A stretch of DNA of 18,141 bases from a virus. The translations under genes and the position numbers were made by a program. The notes below the pieces were generated by a model. That model saw nothing but the letters and a program-made list of their open reading frames with translations. It was not told the origin of the DNA and made no database searches. Numbering within the stretch: the stretch's first letter is position 1; every line of letters begins with the position of its first letter. Of this stretch, positions 8,529-17,833 are shown one piece after another. The stretch lies in the UHGV virus genome UHGV-0189264; one strand, 5' to 3'.

Positions 8529-8690
8529 ATGACAAAACGTCGTAAGAAATACCAGGAAAAAGAAGAGATTCGACACCCTGATTCACCTGAGGGATTAGTG
8601 GTAGCCGCAGCAAATAACAGGGCGTTCGCAGAGCGCCTTGTTGGTGTTTACAGACTAGCCAAAGCAGGAGTGAAACATGGGCGTCGTTAA
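8529..8690 (+). CDS. Small basic ORF between cII and O (53 aa, [53 protein letters not shown])
   Basis: Not in the ORF track. RBS CAGGAG 6 nt upstream of the ATG at 8529; 3' end overlaps the O start. Confidence 0.35.
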   Translation: MTKRRKKYQEKEEIRHPDSPEGLVVAAANNRAFAERLVGVYRLAKAGVKHGRR

Positions 8691-9498
8691 GTTAGCTGAT
8701 TACAGGCCTCAACTGGAGGTCGTGGAGCATCGCGTGGCAGATACCGAAGATGGTTTCATGCGCGTTGCTAACGAGATTACCGACAGTCTGCTGATGGCTG
8801 ATTTAACCGTCCGGCAGATGAAGGTGATGCTCGCTATCATGCGCAAGACATACGGATTCAATAAGCCGATGGATCGACTCACAAACACGCAGATAGCAGC
8901 CATGACAGGTATTCATCACACTCATGTTTGCGCTGCCAAGCGCCAGCTTATTGAGCGTAAATTCCTCATTGCTGATGGCGTGAAAATCGGAGTGAACAAG
9001 GTGGTTTCTCAGTGGATTAGCCAGGACAGCTTAACATTAGCTAAAACAGCTAATAAAACATTAGCCAAGTCGGCTAATGGGTATAAGCCAAGTCAGCTAA
9101 ACACAAAAGACAATATACAAAAGACAATAAATACAAATACCCCCTTACCCCCTAGCGGGGGCGGCGATGGGCAGGTTAAACCTGAACGTCGCAAGGCAGA
9201 ACGAATCGACTACGAATCCTTCCTGAACGCCTACAACACCGAAGTCGGTGACAGACTTCCACACGCTGTTGCGGTCAACGAGAAACGAAAACGCCGCCTG
9301 AAGAAAATCATTCCGCAACTGAAAACGCCAAACGTGGACGGTTTCAGAGCGTATGTCAGGGCGTTTGTGCATCAGGCCAAGCCGTTTTACTTCGGAGACA
9401 ACGACACTGGCTGGACGGCAGATTTTGATTACCTGCTGAGGGAAGATTCGTTAACGGGAGTACGGGAAGGGAAGTTTGCAGACAGGGGGATTGCATGA
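8677..9498 (+). CDS. Replication initiator, lambda O / P22 gp18 family
   Basis: 273 aa; N-terminal region [38 protein letters not shown] resembles the lambda O N-terminal domain (ADLTKRQFKVLLAILRKTYGWNKPMDRITDSQL). Contains iterons internally; followed by a helicase gene with ATGA overlap. Confidence 0.8.
   Translation: MGVVKLADYRPQLEVVEHRVADTEDGFMRVANEITDSLLMADLTVRQMKVMLAIMRKTYGFNKPMDRLTNTQIAAMTGIHHTHVCAAKRQLIERKFLIADGVKIGVNKVVSQWISQDSLTLAKTANKTLAKSANGYKPSQLNTKDNIQKTINTNTPLPPSGGGDGQVKPERRKAERIDYESFLNAYNTEVGDRLPHAVAVNEKRKRRLKKIIPQLKTPNVDGFRAYVRAFVHQAKPFYFGDNDTGWTADFDYLLREDSLTGVREGKFADRGIA
9016..9160. repeat. Replication origin: four 19-bp iterons, an AT-rich tract and a GC-rich palindrome inside the O-like gene
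   Basis: Iterons ATTAGCCAGGACAGCTTAA (9016), ATTAGCTAAAACAGCTAAT (9036), ATTAGCCAAGTCGGCTAAT (9060), ATAAGCCAAGTCAGCTAAA (9083), then the A-rich tract ACACAAAAGACAATATACAAAAGACAATAAATACAAATAC and CCCCCTAGCGGGGG. This mirrors the ori-lambda layout. Confidence 0.65.
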
Positions 9499-10871
9499 GA
9501 CAGGATATCGAAGCGAGCGTTATCGGTGGCTTGCTGATTGGTGGATTAACACCAACCGCCAGCGACGTTCTGGCAACGCTGGAGCCGGAAGCGTTTTCAA
9601 TTCCGCTCTACCGGAAAGCCTTCGAGGTTATCCGCAAGCAGGCGAGAAACAGAAACCTAATCGACGCGCTGATGGTTGCCGAGGCGTGCGGAGAGGAGCA
9701 TTTCACGTCAATCCTGATGACCAGCAAAAACTGCCCGAGTGCCGCAAACCTGAAGGGATATGCCGGAATGGTCGCGGATAACTATCACCGCCGTCTGGTG
9801 CTGGAAATCATGGATGAAATGCGTGAACCAATTCAGAGCGGAACCATCGACGCATCGAGTCAGGCGATGGATGAGCTTGTAAAGCGTCTTTCAGCCATCA
9901 GAAAGCCCCGTGACGAGGTTAAACCGGTACGGTTAGGGGAAATCATCACCGACTACACTGACACGCTTGACAGGCGTCTGAGGAACGGAGAAGAGTCAGA
10001 TACCCTGAAGACCGGAATCGAAGAACTTGATGCCATCACCGGAGGGATGAACGCGGAAGACCTGGTGATAATCGCTGCTCGTCCTGGTATGGGGAAAACC
10101 GAACTGGCTCTGAAGATTGCCGAAGGCGTTGCAAGCCGCGTTATTCCTGGTTCTGACGTCCGGCGCGGGGTATTGATTTTCTCAATGGAAATGAGCGCAT
10201 TGCAGATTGCAGAGCGAAGCATCGCCAACGCCGGGAGGATGTCGGTTAGCGTGCTGCGAAATCCTGCATCGATGGATGACGAAGGCTGGGCGCGTGTTGC
10301 TAACGGCATGAGTCAGCTTGCAGATTTGGATGTATGGGTAGTCGATGCCTCGCGGTTATCGGTCGAAGAAATACGCTCAATCGCAGAACGGCACAAACAG
10401 GAAAATCCAAACCTGTCACTCATCATGGCGGATTATCTTGGCCTGATTGAGAAGCCGAAAGCAGACCGCAACGACCTCGCAATTGCTCACATCTCCGGAA
10501 GCCTGAAGGCGATGGCGAAAGACCTGAAAACGCCCGTTATCTCCCTGAGTCAGCTTTCGCGCGATGTTGAGAAGCGACCAAACAAACGCCCGACAAACGC
10601 AGATTTGCGTGATTCAGGAAGCATTGAACAGGACGCAGACTCAATCATCATGCTCTATCGGGAAGCTGTATATGACGAGAACAGTAGCGCCGCGCCATTT
10701 GCTGAAATCATTGTGACGAAAAACCGTTTTGGCTCACTTGGTACGGTTTACCAGCGGTTCTGCAACGGACACTTTGTTGCATGTGACCAGGATGAAGCCA
10801 GACAGATTTGCACAACATCAAATGCACCTGCTGCACGTGGCAGACGATATGCACAAGGGGCTGACGTATGA
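9495..10871 (+). CDS. Replicative DNA helicase, DnaB family (P22 gene 12-like)
   Basis: 458 aa; Walker A motif AARPGMGKT, and DnaB-like C-terminal RecA-fold motifs ([29 protein letters not shown]). Confidence 0.9.
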   Translation: MRQDIEASVIGGLLIGGLTPTASDVLATLEPEAFSIPLYRKAFEVIRKQARNRNLIDALMVAEACGEEHFTSILMTSKNCPSAANLKGYAGMVADNYHRRLVLEIMDEMREPIQSGTIDASSQAMDELVKRLSAIRKPRDEVKPVRLGEIITDYTDTLDRRLRNGEESDTLKTGIEELDAITGGMNAEDLVIIAARPGMGKTELALKIAEGVASRVIPGSDVRRGVLIFSMEMSALQIAERSIANAGRMSVSVLRNPASMDDEGWARVANGMSQLADLDVWVVDASRLSVEEIRSIAERHKQENPNLSLIMADYLGLIEKPKADRNDLAIAHISGSLKAMAKDLKTPVISLSQLSRDVEKRPNKRPTNADLRDSGSIEQDADSIIMLYREAVYDENSSAAPFAEIIVTKNRFGSLGTVYQRFCNGHFVACDQDEARQICTTSNAPAARGRRYAQGADV

Positions 10872-10948
10872 CCATCTACATCACTGAGCTTGTAACAGGC
10901 CTGCTGGTAATCGCAGGCCTTTTTATTTGGGGGAGAGGGAAGTCATGA
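10868..10948 (+). CDS. Hydrophobic micro-ORF (26 aa, [26 protein letters not shown])
   Basis: Not in the ORF track. ATGA overlap with the helicase stop at its start and with the ninB start at its end; predicted single transmembrane helix. Overlaps the tR2-like terminator, so it may be non-coding. Confidence 0.25.
   Translation: MTIYITELVTGLLVIAGLFIWGRGKS
10897..10929 (+). terminator. tR2-like intrinsic terminator between the helicase and the nin region
   Basis: Perfect 8-bp stem AGGCCTGC-TGGTAATC-GCAGGCCT followed by TTTTATTTG. Confidence 0.7.
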
Positions 10949-11385
10949 AAAAACTAACCTTTGAAATTCGATCTCCAGCACATCAGCAAAACGCTATTCA
11001 CGCGGTACAGCAAATTCTTCCAGACCCAACCAAACCAATCGTAGTAACCATTCAGGAGCGCAACCGCAGCTTAGACCAAAATCGGAAGCTTTGGGCTTGC
11101 CTTGGTGACGTTTCGCGTCAGGTTGAATGGCATGGTCGCTGGCTGGATGCAGAAAGCTGGAAGTGTGTGTTTACCGCAGCATTAAAGCAGCAGGACGTTG
11201 TTCCTAACCTTGCCGGGAATGGCTTTGTGGTAATAGGCCAGTCAACCAGCAGGATGCGTGTAAGCGAATTTGCGGAGCTATTAGAGCTTATACAGGCATT
11301 CGGTACAGAGCGTGGCGTTAAGTGGTCAGACGAAGCGCGACTGGCTCTGGAGTGGAAAGCGAGATGGGGAGACAGGGCTGCATGA
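10945..11385 (+). CDS. ninB: NinB (Orf-family recombination mediator)
   Basis: 146 aa starting [27 protein letters not shown]..., recognised as lambda NinB; RBS GAGGGAAG upstream. Confidence 0.85.
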   Translation: MKKLTFEIRSPAHQQNAIHAVQQILPDPTKPIVVTIQERNRSLDQNRKLWACLGDVSRQVEWHGRWLDAESWKCVFTAALKQQDVVPNLAGNGFVVIGQSTSRMRVSEFAELLELIQAFGTERGVKWSDEARLALEWKARWGDRAA

Positions 11386-12227
11386 TAAATGTCGTTAGTT
11401 TCTCCGGTGGCAGGACGTCAGCATATTTGCTCTGGCTAATGGAGCAAAAGCGACGGGCAGGTAAAGACGTGCATTACGTTTTCATGGATACAGGGGCAGA
11501 GCACCCTAAAACATATGAGTTCATCCGAAATATCGTCAGTAACTGGGAAATAGACTTACATTGCCTTCGTGTAATACCTAATCCAGAAATGGGGAAGGCC
11601 AGTAGTTATGAAGAGATAGGTGTCAATGATATTGGTCCAGATCTTATACCGTGGAAAAGGATGTTGAATAAATACGGACATCCATATATCGGCGGTGCGT
11701 TCTGTACCGACAGAATGAAGTCTGTTCCATTCACCAAATATTGTCAGGAAAAGTTTGGGAAAGGAAATTACATCACATGGCTTGGCATTCGCACAGATGA
11801 ACCAAACAGGATTAAAAGGGCTAATGGTTTTCGGTACCTGGCTGATATAAGCGATTTTGAAAAACAGGATGTGCTTGATTGGTGGAGTGAGCAGAAGTTT
11901 GATCTTGGCATACAGGAGCATCTTGGTAATTGTGTTTTCTGCATAAAAAAAAGTATGCAAAAGGTGGCGCTGGCAGCCATGGATGAGCCAGAACTTGCAG
12001 ATGCATTTATCAACATCCTTGATACAGAAATAAAAACAGGAAAGGAACCGGTTATGTATCGAGGGAATAATACACTTAAATCACTGATTGCCTTGTTTAG
12101 TGATATATCAAGAGATGAGTTAGCCTCAAGAATGACATCAATGCGACAGTATGATTCAGGTTCGTGTTCTGAATCATGTGAAGCATTTTCATGTCAGCTT
12201 GGATTTAATTTTGAGGATGTGGCATGA
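11382..12227 (+). CDS. NinC-like PAPS-reductase-family (PP-loop ATPase) protein
   Basis: 281 aa from the internal Met ([17 protein letters not shown]), with ATGA overlap to the ninB stop; PP-loop motif SFSGGRTS. Coding region is visibly more AT-rich than its neighbours. Confidence 0.75.
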   Translation: MINVVSFSGGRTSAYLLWLMEQKRRAGKDVHYVFMDTGAEHPKTYEFIRNIVSNWEIDLHCLRVIPNPEMGKASSYEEIGVNDIGPDLIPWKRMLNKYGHPYIGGAFCTDRMKSVPFTKYCQEKFGKGNYITWLGIRTDEPNRIKRANGFRYLADISDFEKQDVLDWWSEQKFDLGIQEHLGNCVFCIKKSMQKVALAAMDEPELADAFINILDTEIKTGKEPVMYRGNNTLKSLIALFSDISRDELASRMTSMRQYDSGSCSESCEAFSCQLGFNFEDVA

Positions 12228-12400
12228 GACGACAGCGACGAAGCATCACCGACATAATCTGTGAAAACTGCAAATACCTTCCAACGAAACGCTCCAGAAA
12301 TAAACGCAAGCCAATCCCAAAAGAATCTGACGTAAAAACCTTCAACTACACGGCTCACCTGTGGGATATCCGGTGGCTAAGACATCGTGCGAGGAAATGA
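12224..12400 (+). CDS. NinE-like small protein (58 aa, [58 protein letters not shown])
   Basis: Not in the ORF track; ATGA overlaps at both ends; basic, Cys-containing nin-region protein. Confidence 0.6.
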   Translation: MRRQRRSITDIICENCKYLPTKRSRNKRKPIPKESDVKTFNYTAHLWDIRWLRHRARK

Positions 12401-12762
12401 CAATGGATTATTCACAGTTAAGTGATTTTGAAATTAACGTGGCGGTATTCGAAGCCATTCATAACGGATCACCGGATTACAAAGAAGGTGAGAATGGCGA
12501 TATGGTGTTTGTCTCATTTGAGGGAGACATTGTAAACGGAGACGCAGTTGAAGTAGAAGTTGAGCGCGGTTCCTTTAACCCATGCGCAAACCCAGCAGAC
12601 GCATGGCCGATTATTGAAAAATACAGGATTAGCATTATCAATCTCGATGAAGACGAGTGGGGTGCACGCGGTGTGGCCTACTGTAAATCTAAGCGAGCTA
12701 TACATGAAAATCCCCTCCGCGCCGCCATGATTGTCTTTCTCATGATGCAGAGAATCCAATAA
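12397..12762 (+). CDS. NinX-like (DUF2591-like) protein
   Basis: 121 aa from the internal Met ([24 protein letters not shown]...); position in the nin operon. Confidence 0.55.
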   Translation: MTMDYSQLSDFEINVAVFEAIHNGSPDYKEGENGDMVFVSFEGDIVNGDAVEVEVERGSFNPCANPADAWPIIEKYRISIINLDEDEWGARGVAYCKSKRAIHENPLRAAMIVFLMMQRIQ

Positions 12763-12938
12763 TGCTTAGCCCATCCCAATCCATTCAATACCAGAAAGAA
12801 AGCGTCGAGCGAGCTTTAACGTGTGCTAACTGCGGTCAGAAGCTGCATGTACTGGAAGTTCACGTGTGTGAGCACTGTTGCGCAGAACTTATGAGTGATC
12901 CGAATAGCTCAATGTACGAGGAAGAAGATGATGGCTAA
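12762..12938 (+). CDS. ninF: NinF-like small Cys-rich protein
   Basis: 58 aa [58 protein letters not shown]; not in the ORF track. Confidence 0.7.
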   Translation: MLSPSQSIQYQKESVERALTCANCGQKLHVLEVHVCEHCCAELMSDPNSSMYEEEDDG

Positions 12939-13542
12939 ACCAGCGCGAAGACGATGTAAAAACGAAGAATGTCGGGAATGGTTTCACCCTGCATTCGCTA
13001 ATCAGTGGTGGTGCTCTCCAGAGTGTGGAACAAAGATAGCACTCGAACGACGAAGCAAAGAACGCGAAAAAGCGGAAAAAGCAGCAGAGAAGAAACGACG
13101 ACGAGAGGAGCAGAAACAGAAAGATAAACTTAAGATTCGAAAACTCGCCTTAAAGCCCCGCAGTTACTGGATTAAACAAGCCCAACAAGCCGTAAACGCC
13201 TTCATCAGAGAAAGAGACCGCGACTTACCATGTATCTCATGCGGAACGATCACGTCTGCTCAGTGGGATGCCGGACATTACCGGACAACTGCTGCGGCAC
13301 CTCAACTCCGATTTGATGAACGCAATATTCACAAGCAATGCGTGGTGTGCAACCAGCACAAAAGCGGAAATCTCGTTCCGTATCGCGTCGAACTGATTAG
13401 CCGTATCGGGCAGGAAGCAGTAGACGAAATCGAATCAAACCATAACCGCCATCGCTGGACTGTCGAAGAGTGCAAGGCGATCAAGGCAGAGTACCAACAG
13501 AAACTCAAAGACCTGCGAAATAGCAGAAGTGAGGCCGCATGA
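12928..13542 (+). CDS. ninG: NinG (Rap-like recombination-promoting nuclease)
   Basis: [63 protein letters not shown]...; Cys-rich N-terminus and basic region as in lambda NinG. Confidence 0.9.
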   Translation: MMAKPARRRCKNEECREWFHPAFANQWWCSPECGTKIALERRSKEREKAEKAAEKKRRREEQKQKDKLKIRKLALKPRSYWIKQAQQAVNAFIRERDRDLPCISCGTITSAQWDAGHYRTTAAAPQLRFDERNIHKQCVVCNQHKSGNLVPYRVELISRIGQEAVDEIESNHNRHRWTVEECKAIKAEYQQKLKDLRNSRSEAA

Positions 13543-13745
13543 CGTTCTCAGTAAAAACCATTCCAGACATGCTCGTTGAAGCATACGGAAACCAGACAGA
13601 AGTAGCACGCAGACTGAAATGTAGTCGCGGTACGGTCAGAAAATACGTTGATGATAAAGACGGGAAAATGCACGCCATCGTCAACGACGTTCTCATGGTT
13701 CATCGCGGATGGAGTGAAAGAGATGCGCTATTACGAAAGAATTGA
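13539..13745 (+). CDS. ninH: NinH-like small DNA-binding protein
   Basis: 68 aa [58 protein letters not shown]; HTH-like segment. Confidence 0.8.
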   Translation: MTFSVKTIPDMLVEAYGNQTEVARRLKCSRGTVRKYVDDKDGKMHAIVNDVLMVHRGWSERDALLRKN

Positions 13746-14394
13746 TGGCAGCAAATACCGAAATATTTGGGTAGTTGGCGATCTGCACGGATGCTACACG
13801 AACCTGATGAAAAAACTGGAGACGATAGGATTCGACACCAAAAAAGACCTGCTTATCTCGGTTGGCGATTTGGTCGATCGCGGTACAGAGAACGTCGAAT
13901 GTCTGGAATTAATCACATTCCCCTGGTTCCGAGCTGTACGTGGAAACCATGAGCAAATGATGATTGATGGCTTATCAGATCGTGGAAACGTCAATCACTG
14001 GCTGCTTAATGGCGGTGGCTGGTTCTTCAATCTCGATTACGACAAAGAAATTCTGGCTAAAGCTCTTGCCCATAAAGCAGATGAACTTCCGTTAATCATT
14101 GAACTGGTGAGCAAAGGTAAAAAATATGTCATCTGCCACGCCGATTATCCTTGTGACGAATACGAGTTTGGAAAGCCAGTTGATCATCAGCAGGTAATCT
14201 GGAACCGCGAACGAATCAGCAACTCACAAGACGGGATCGTGAAAGAAATCAAAGGAGCGGACACGTTCATCTTTGGTCATACGCCAGCAGTGAAACCACT
14301 CAAGTTTGCCAACCAGATGTATATCGATACCGGCGCAGTGTTCTGCGGAAACCTCACATTGATTCAGGTACAGGGAGAAGGCGCATGGGCATAA
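13723..14394 (+). CDS. Serine/threonine protein phosphatase (lambda-PPase type, calcineurin-like metallophosphoesterase)
   Basis: PPP-family motifs present in the translation: GDLHG, GDLVDRG, RGNHE. Start moved to the internal Met ([23 protein letters not shown]). Confidence 0.9.
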   Translation: MRYYERIDGSKYRNIWVVGDLHGCYTNLMKKLETIGFDTKKDLLISVGDLVDRGTENVECLELITFPWFRAVRGNHEQMMIDGLSDRGNVNHWLLNGGGWFFNLDYDKEILAKALAHKADELPLIIELVSKGKKYVICHADYPCDEYEFGKPVDHQQVIWNRERISNSQDGIVKEIKGADTFIFGHTPAVKPLKFANQMYIDTGAVFCGNLTLIQVQGEGAWA

Positions 14395-14903
14395 GAGAAC
14401 TAAACCTCACCAAAGAGCAGCACGAGTGGCTGAATGGCTGGCTTGAACTGTGGGGCGCATGGGTTTATTCAGGTCGTCTGGAAAAGCGCATGAGCAGCGT
14501 AATAGCGAAGTTCATGGAGAGCGTAGAGCCGGGAAGAGTTATGACAAGGCCAATGTGCAATGATGATGATGGAATGTTGATTTCTCAGGTCGTCGATTCC
14601 GTCATGTACATTGACAAGAAAGCCTTTGGCATCCTCCTCAGCTACTACGCTCATGGTTCATCTAAGCGAGCAATTGCATCCTACTATCACGCGACTGCAA
14701 AGCCACGCAAGATGTGTGGACGTGGTGGCGATGGATGGAGAAAACCTTCACTGGCAACCTGTAGAAACGAAATTGACGACATCCTGAAAGCGTCGTTATT
14801 TGTTTTGTACCAACCAATGCAAAATGCTTTTAAAATGCGTAAACGTGTTGAGAAAGTTAAGCATGTTGCTGTTAAAAGCCTTGACATGCAATTATCCATT
14901 TAG
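14385..14903 (+). CDS. Q: Late-gene antiterminator Q (not the lambda Q type)
   Basis: 172 aa, located between the phosphatase and the S-R-Rz lysis genes; a candidate late promoter overlaps its 3' end. Family assigned by position and general resemblance to non-lambda Q proteins. Confidence 0.65.
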   Translation: MGIRELNLTKEQHEWLNGWLELWGAWVYSGRLEKRMSSVIAKFMESVEPGRVMTRPMCNDDDGMLISQVVDSVMYIDKKAFGILLSYYAHGSSKRAIASYYHATAKPRKMCGRGGDGWRKPSLATCRNEIDDILKASLFVLYQPMQNAFKMRKRVEKVKHVAVKSLDMQLSI

Positions 14904-14910
14904 CCATAAT
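14881..14910 (+). promoter_or_regulatory. Candidate late promoter PR'
   Basis: TTGACA (14881..14886), 18-bp spacer, CATAAT (14905..14910), straddling the Q stop codon. Confidence 0.35.
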
Positions 14911-14923
14911 TAGAAGGTAAGCT

Positions 14924-14962
14924 GCCGTTAGTGACTCTTAAGTTGCAACGGTGGCTTTTTTT
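14924..14962 (+). terminator. tR'-like intrinsic terminator, target of Q antitermination
   Basis: GC stem CCGTT...AACGG with internal palindromes, followed by GGCTTTTTTTG, then GCACAACAGGTAAGAGC. Confidence 0.5.
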
Positions 14963-15500
14963 GTTTGCACAACAGGTAAGAGCATTGAACCCGCAGACCT
15001 CGCGGAATTGGTGAAAGGTGCCGCGCAGTGCTCTTATCGTTGTGGTGAATACGCAGGCTGATGCGTTAATCAGGTGAACGAGATACCCGCCGGTCCGTGA
15101 TATGGCACACCGTGCCGGTCATATCTGCCGCGGTTAGGTTTACGAGGATTTCGTAAAGCTGGTCTAGGGTGAAGCCGTGAAAGCGGAGGAAGTAAAACGA
15201 GGCGTCGGTACACGCCTATCGTCATTAAGTCGGAGTTCAGCACCGACCGCCACAACCCAAACTGAGCCGTAGCCACTGGCTATCCTGAATTCATCAGTGA
15301 TAGTTACGCTGCGGCCTTCTACACATGATCTTCGTGAAAGCGGGTGGCAAGAGGCTGCGCTAACAACCCCCTGCCGTTTTGCCCGTGCATATCGGTCACG
15401 AACAAATCTGATTACTAAACACAGTAGCCTGGATTTGTTCTATCAGTAATCGACCTTATTCCTAATTAAATAGAGCAAATCCCCTTATTGGGGGTAAGAC

Positions 15501-15824
15501 ATGAAGATGCCAGAAAAACATGACCTGTTAGCCGCCATTCTCGCGGCAAAGGAACAAGGCATCGGGGCAATCCTTGCGTTTGCAATGGCGTACCTTCGCG
15601 GCAGATATAATGGCGGTGCGTTTACAAAAACAGTAATCGACGCAACGATGTGCGCCATTATCGCCTGGTTCATTCGTGACCTTCTCGACTTCGCCGGACT
15701 AAGTAGCAATCTCGCTTATATAACGAGCGTGTTCATCGGCTACATCGGTACTGACTCGATTGGTTCGCTTATCAAACGCTTCGCTGCTAAAAAAGCCGGA
15801 GTAGAAGATGGTGGAAATCAATAA
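15501..15824 (+). CDS. S: Holin S (class I; dual-start holin/antiholin)
   Basis: 107 aa [62 protein letters not shown]...; Met-Lys-Met dual start; three transmembrane segments. Confidence 0.95.
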   Translation: MKMPEKHDLLAAILAAKEQGIGAILAFAMAYLRGRYNGGAFTKTVIDATMCAIIAWFIRDLLDFAGLSSNLAYITSVFIGYIGTDSIGSLIKRFAAKKAGVEDGGNQ

Positions 15825-16284
15825 TCAACGTAAGGCGTTCCTTGATATGCTGGCGTGGTCAGAGGGAACTGATAACGGACGGCAGAAAACCAGAAATCAT
15901 GGTTATGACGTCATTGTAGGAGGAGAGCTATTCACTGATTACTCCGATCACCCTCGCAAACTTGTCACGCTAAATCCGAAACTCAAATCAACAGCCGCCG
16001 GGCGCTATCAGCTTCTTTCCCGTTGGTGGGATGCCTACCGCAAGCAGCTTGGCCTGAAAGACTTCTCTCCGAAAAGCCAGGACGCTGTGGCACTGCAGCA
16101 GATTAAGGAGCGTGGCGCTTTACCGATGATTGATCGCGGTGATATCCGTCAGGCAATCGACCGTTGCAGCAATATCTGGGCCTCACTGCCGGGCGCTGGT
16201 TATGGTCAGTTCGAGCATAAAGCTGACAGCCTGATTGCAAAATTCAAAGAAGCGGGCGGAACGGTCAGAGAGATTGAGGTATGA
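15808..16284 (+). CDS. R: Endolysin R (lytic transglycosylase)
   Basis: 158 aa [39 protein letters not shown]..., recognised as lambda R. Confidence 0.95.
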   Translation: MVEINNQRKAFLDMLAWSEGTDNGRQKTRNHGYDVIVGGELFTDYSDHPRKLVTLNPKLKSTAAGRYQLLSRWWDAYRKQLGLKDFSPKSQDAVALQQIKERGALPMIDRGDIRQAIDRCSNIWASLPGAGYGQFEHKADSLIAKFKEAGGTVREIEV

Positions 16285-16739
16285 GCAGAGTAACCGCGAT
16301 TATCTCCGCTCTGGTTATCTGCATCATCGTTTGCCTGTCATGGGCTGTTAATCACTACCGTGATAACGCCATGACCTACAAAGAGCAGCGCGATAACAAG
16401 GCCAGTGAACTGGAGAAGGCGAACGCCACCATCGCTGACATGCGGAAGCGTCAACGTGATGTAGCAGAACTCGACGCAAGATACACAAAGGAGCTTGCTG
16501 ATGCTAACGCGACTATCGAAAGTCTCCGTGCTGATGTTTCTGCTGGGCGTAAGCGCCTGCAAGTCGCCGCCACCTGTGCAAAGTCAACGACCGGAGCCAG
16601 CGGCATGGGCGATGGAGAAAGCCCAGGACTTACAGCAGATGCTGAACTCAATTATTACCGTCTCCGAAGTGGGATCGACAAGATAACCGCGCAGGTTAAC
16701 TACCTGCAGGAATACATCAGGACGCAATGCCTTCGATGA
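16281..16739 (+). CDS. Rz: Spanin inner-membrane subunit Rz
   Basis: 152 aa with N-terminal transmembrane anchor [23 protein letters not shown] followed by a coiled-coil periplasmic domain. Confidence 0.9.
   Translation: MSRVTAIISALVICIIVCLSWAVNHYRDNAMTYKEQRDNKASELEKANATIADMRKRQRDVAELDARYTKELADANATIESLRADVSAGRKRLQVAATCAKSTTGASGMGDGESPGLTADAELNYYRLRSGIDKITAQVNYLQEYIRTQCLR
16495..16686 (+). CDS. Rz1: Spanin outer-membrane lipoprotein subunit Rz1 (embedded in Rz, +1 frame)
   Basis: Signal peptide with lipobox LLGVSAC followed by a proline-rich segment [15 protein letters not shown]; fully embedded in Rz. Confidence 0.7.
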   Translation: MLMLTRLSKVSVLMFLLGVSACKSPPPVQSQRPEPAAWAMEKAQDLQQMLNSIITVSEVGSTR

Positions 16740-16913
16740 TAGCGATAATTTTACTCATCATCCTTCACATTTGGCTCTGTAGGCAGGGTGGTGATCACTT
16801 CTGGAGTGAATCCAGATTAAACATCTCATTGCTGATGCTTGAAGTTGAGCATCTGGCGCGCGGTAAGGGGCTGCGTTGAGATAAGAGCCAGTTCATTACA
16901 AATACCAGGATTT

Positions 16914-16940
16914 AGCCTCGCATTCGCGGGGCTTTTTATA
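16914..16940 (+). terminator. Intrinsic terminator downstream of Rz
   Basis: Stem AGCCTCGC-ATTC-GCGGGGCT (with one G-U pair) followed by TTTTTATAT. Confidence 0.6.
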
Positions 16941-17081
16941 TCTGAATTTCACAGCGCATCTCACGCGCATATTAACGAGAGCCTTTCAGTAAGCGAGCCT
17001 GAGAATTGCCGTTATAGGTGGCGACCTCTCTCGGGCGGCTTTTCTGTGAGACAGGCTCACTTTCTAAAAGGTAAAGACGCT

Positions 17082-17579
17082 ATGAAAGCAATCACGCTTT
17101 TTAATACACCGATCCGTGTTGATGAATCAGGAATGATCTGCCTCACTGATATGTGGAAAGCCAGTGGTAAAAGTGAATCTGAATCGCCTTACCACTACCT
17201 GCGAAACAAGCAGACCAAAGAGTTCTTAGCCGAGCTGGAGAAAAACCACGAATCTGTGGTTTTTACTGAGCGCGGTGTACACGGTGGAACATATGGCGGG
17301 AAGTTTGTTGCATACGATTATGCGGCTTGGTTAAACCCCGGGTTCAAGTACGCGGCCTATAAAGTCCTCGATGACTACTTCACCGGAGAACTTCAGCATC
17401 GCAACAGCTTAAGTGCGCAGCTCAACATGAAATGTCATGAGTTTGACCAGAAGAAAGACATGGCGAGCTTCTGCGGACAAGGGCTGGCAGCATGGCGCTA
17501 TACGAAGCCAGTGTTGGTCGCTGAGATTAACTCCCTGGCTAACCAGCTGCAGATTACGATCCCCGGGCTTCCGGGATGA
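17082..17579 (+). CDS. KilA-N domain protein
   Basis: Start moved to the internal Met (MKAITLFNTPIRVDESGMICLTDMWKASGK...), downstream of the terminator and after RBS AAAGG. The N-terminal pattern fits the KilA-N/Bro-N DNA-binding domain. The 81 codons upstream in the ORF track run through the terminator. Confidence 0.65.
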   Translation: MKAITLFNTPIRVDESGMICLTDMWKASGKSESESPYHYLRNKQTKEFLAELEKNHESVVFTERGVHGGTYGGKFVAYDYAAWLNPGFKYAAYKVLDDYFTGELQHRNSLSAQLNMKCHEFDQKKDMASFCGQGLAAWRYTKPVLVAEINSLANQLQITIPGLPG

Positions 17580-17833
17580 GTGATCGTGTCATTGAATGCG
17601 CCTCCAGAGCGGGGCGCGACTTCTCAGAGTTCATGAAAGGCGAGAAGGGCATGATGGAAGCATTGGCCTCGGTGGATGAGTTTGGCGAGCAGCTGCGCCT
17701 CAACGGCTGTGTCAATCATCACTTTGTTAGCTACATGATGCGGAACTCGATCATGCAGGCATTCATGGACATGGCAAAAGCCGAGAGGAAAGAAGAGCGC
17801 CGGCGTAAGCGAGCGGAAGCAAAAGCGAAGTAG
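17576..17833 (+). CDS. Hypothetical protein (85 aa, basic C-terminal tail KAERKEERRRKRAEAKAK), coupled to the KilA-N gene
   Basis: ATGA stop-start overlap with the KilA-N gene; no family recognised. Confidence 0.5.
   Translation: MSDRVIECASRAGRDFSEFMKGEKGMMEALASVDEFGEQLRLNGCVNHHFVSYMMRNSIMQAFMDMAKAERKEERRRKRAEAKAK

Noticed and set aside
15070-15276. 68-aa minus-strand ORF in the Q-S leader
   Set aside because: Arg/Pro-rich low-complexity product with no RBS, antisense to the late transcript; the region is better explained as structured untranslated leader.
8709-16651. Minus-strand and alternative-frame ORFs inside the replication, nin, Q and lysis genes (8709..8903, 9145..9372, 9476..9781, 9953..10309, 11556..11960, 11768..12016, 11821..12006, 12514..12759, 13505..13696, 13767..13952, 13794..13994, 14469..14654, 14687..14899, 15485..15709, 16338..16562, 16451..16651)
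   Set aside because: All overlap well-supported plus-strand genes and lack start signals. The embedded plus-strand ORF 16495..16686 is kept as Rz1 because it has a lipobox and proline-rich tail.
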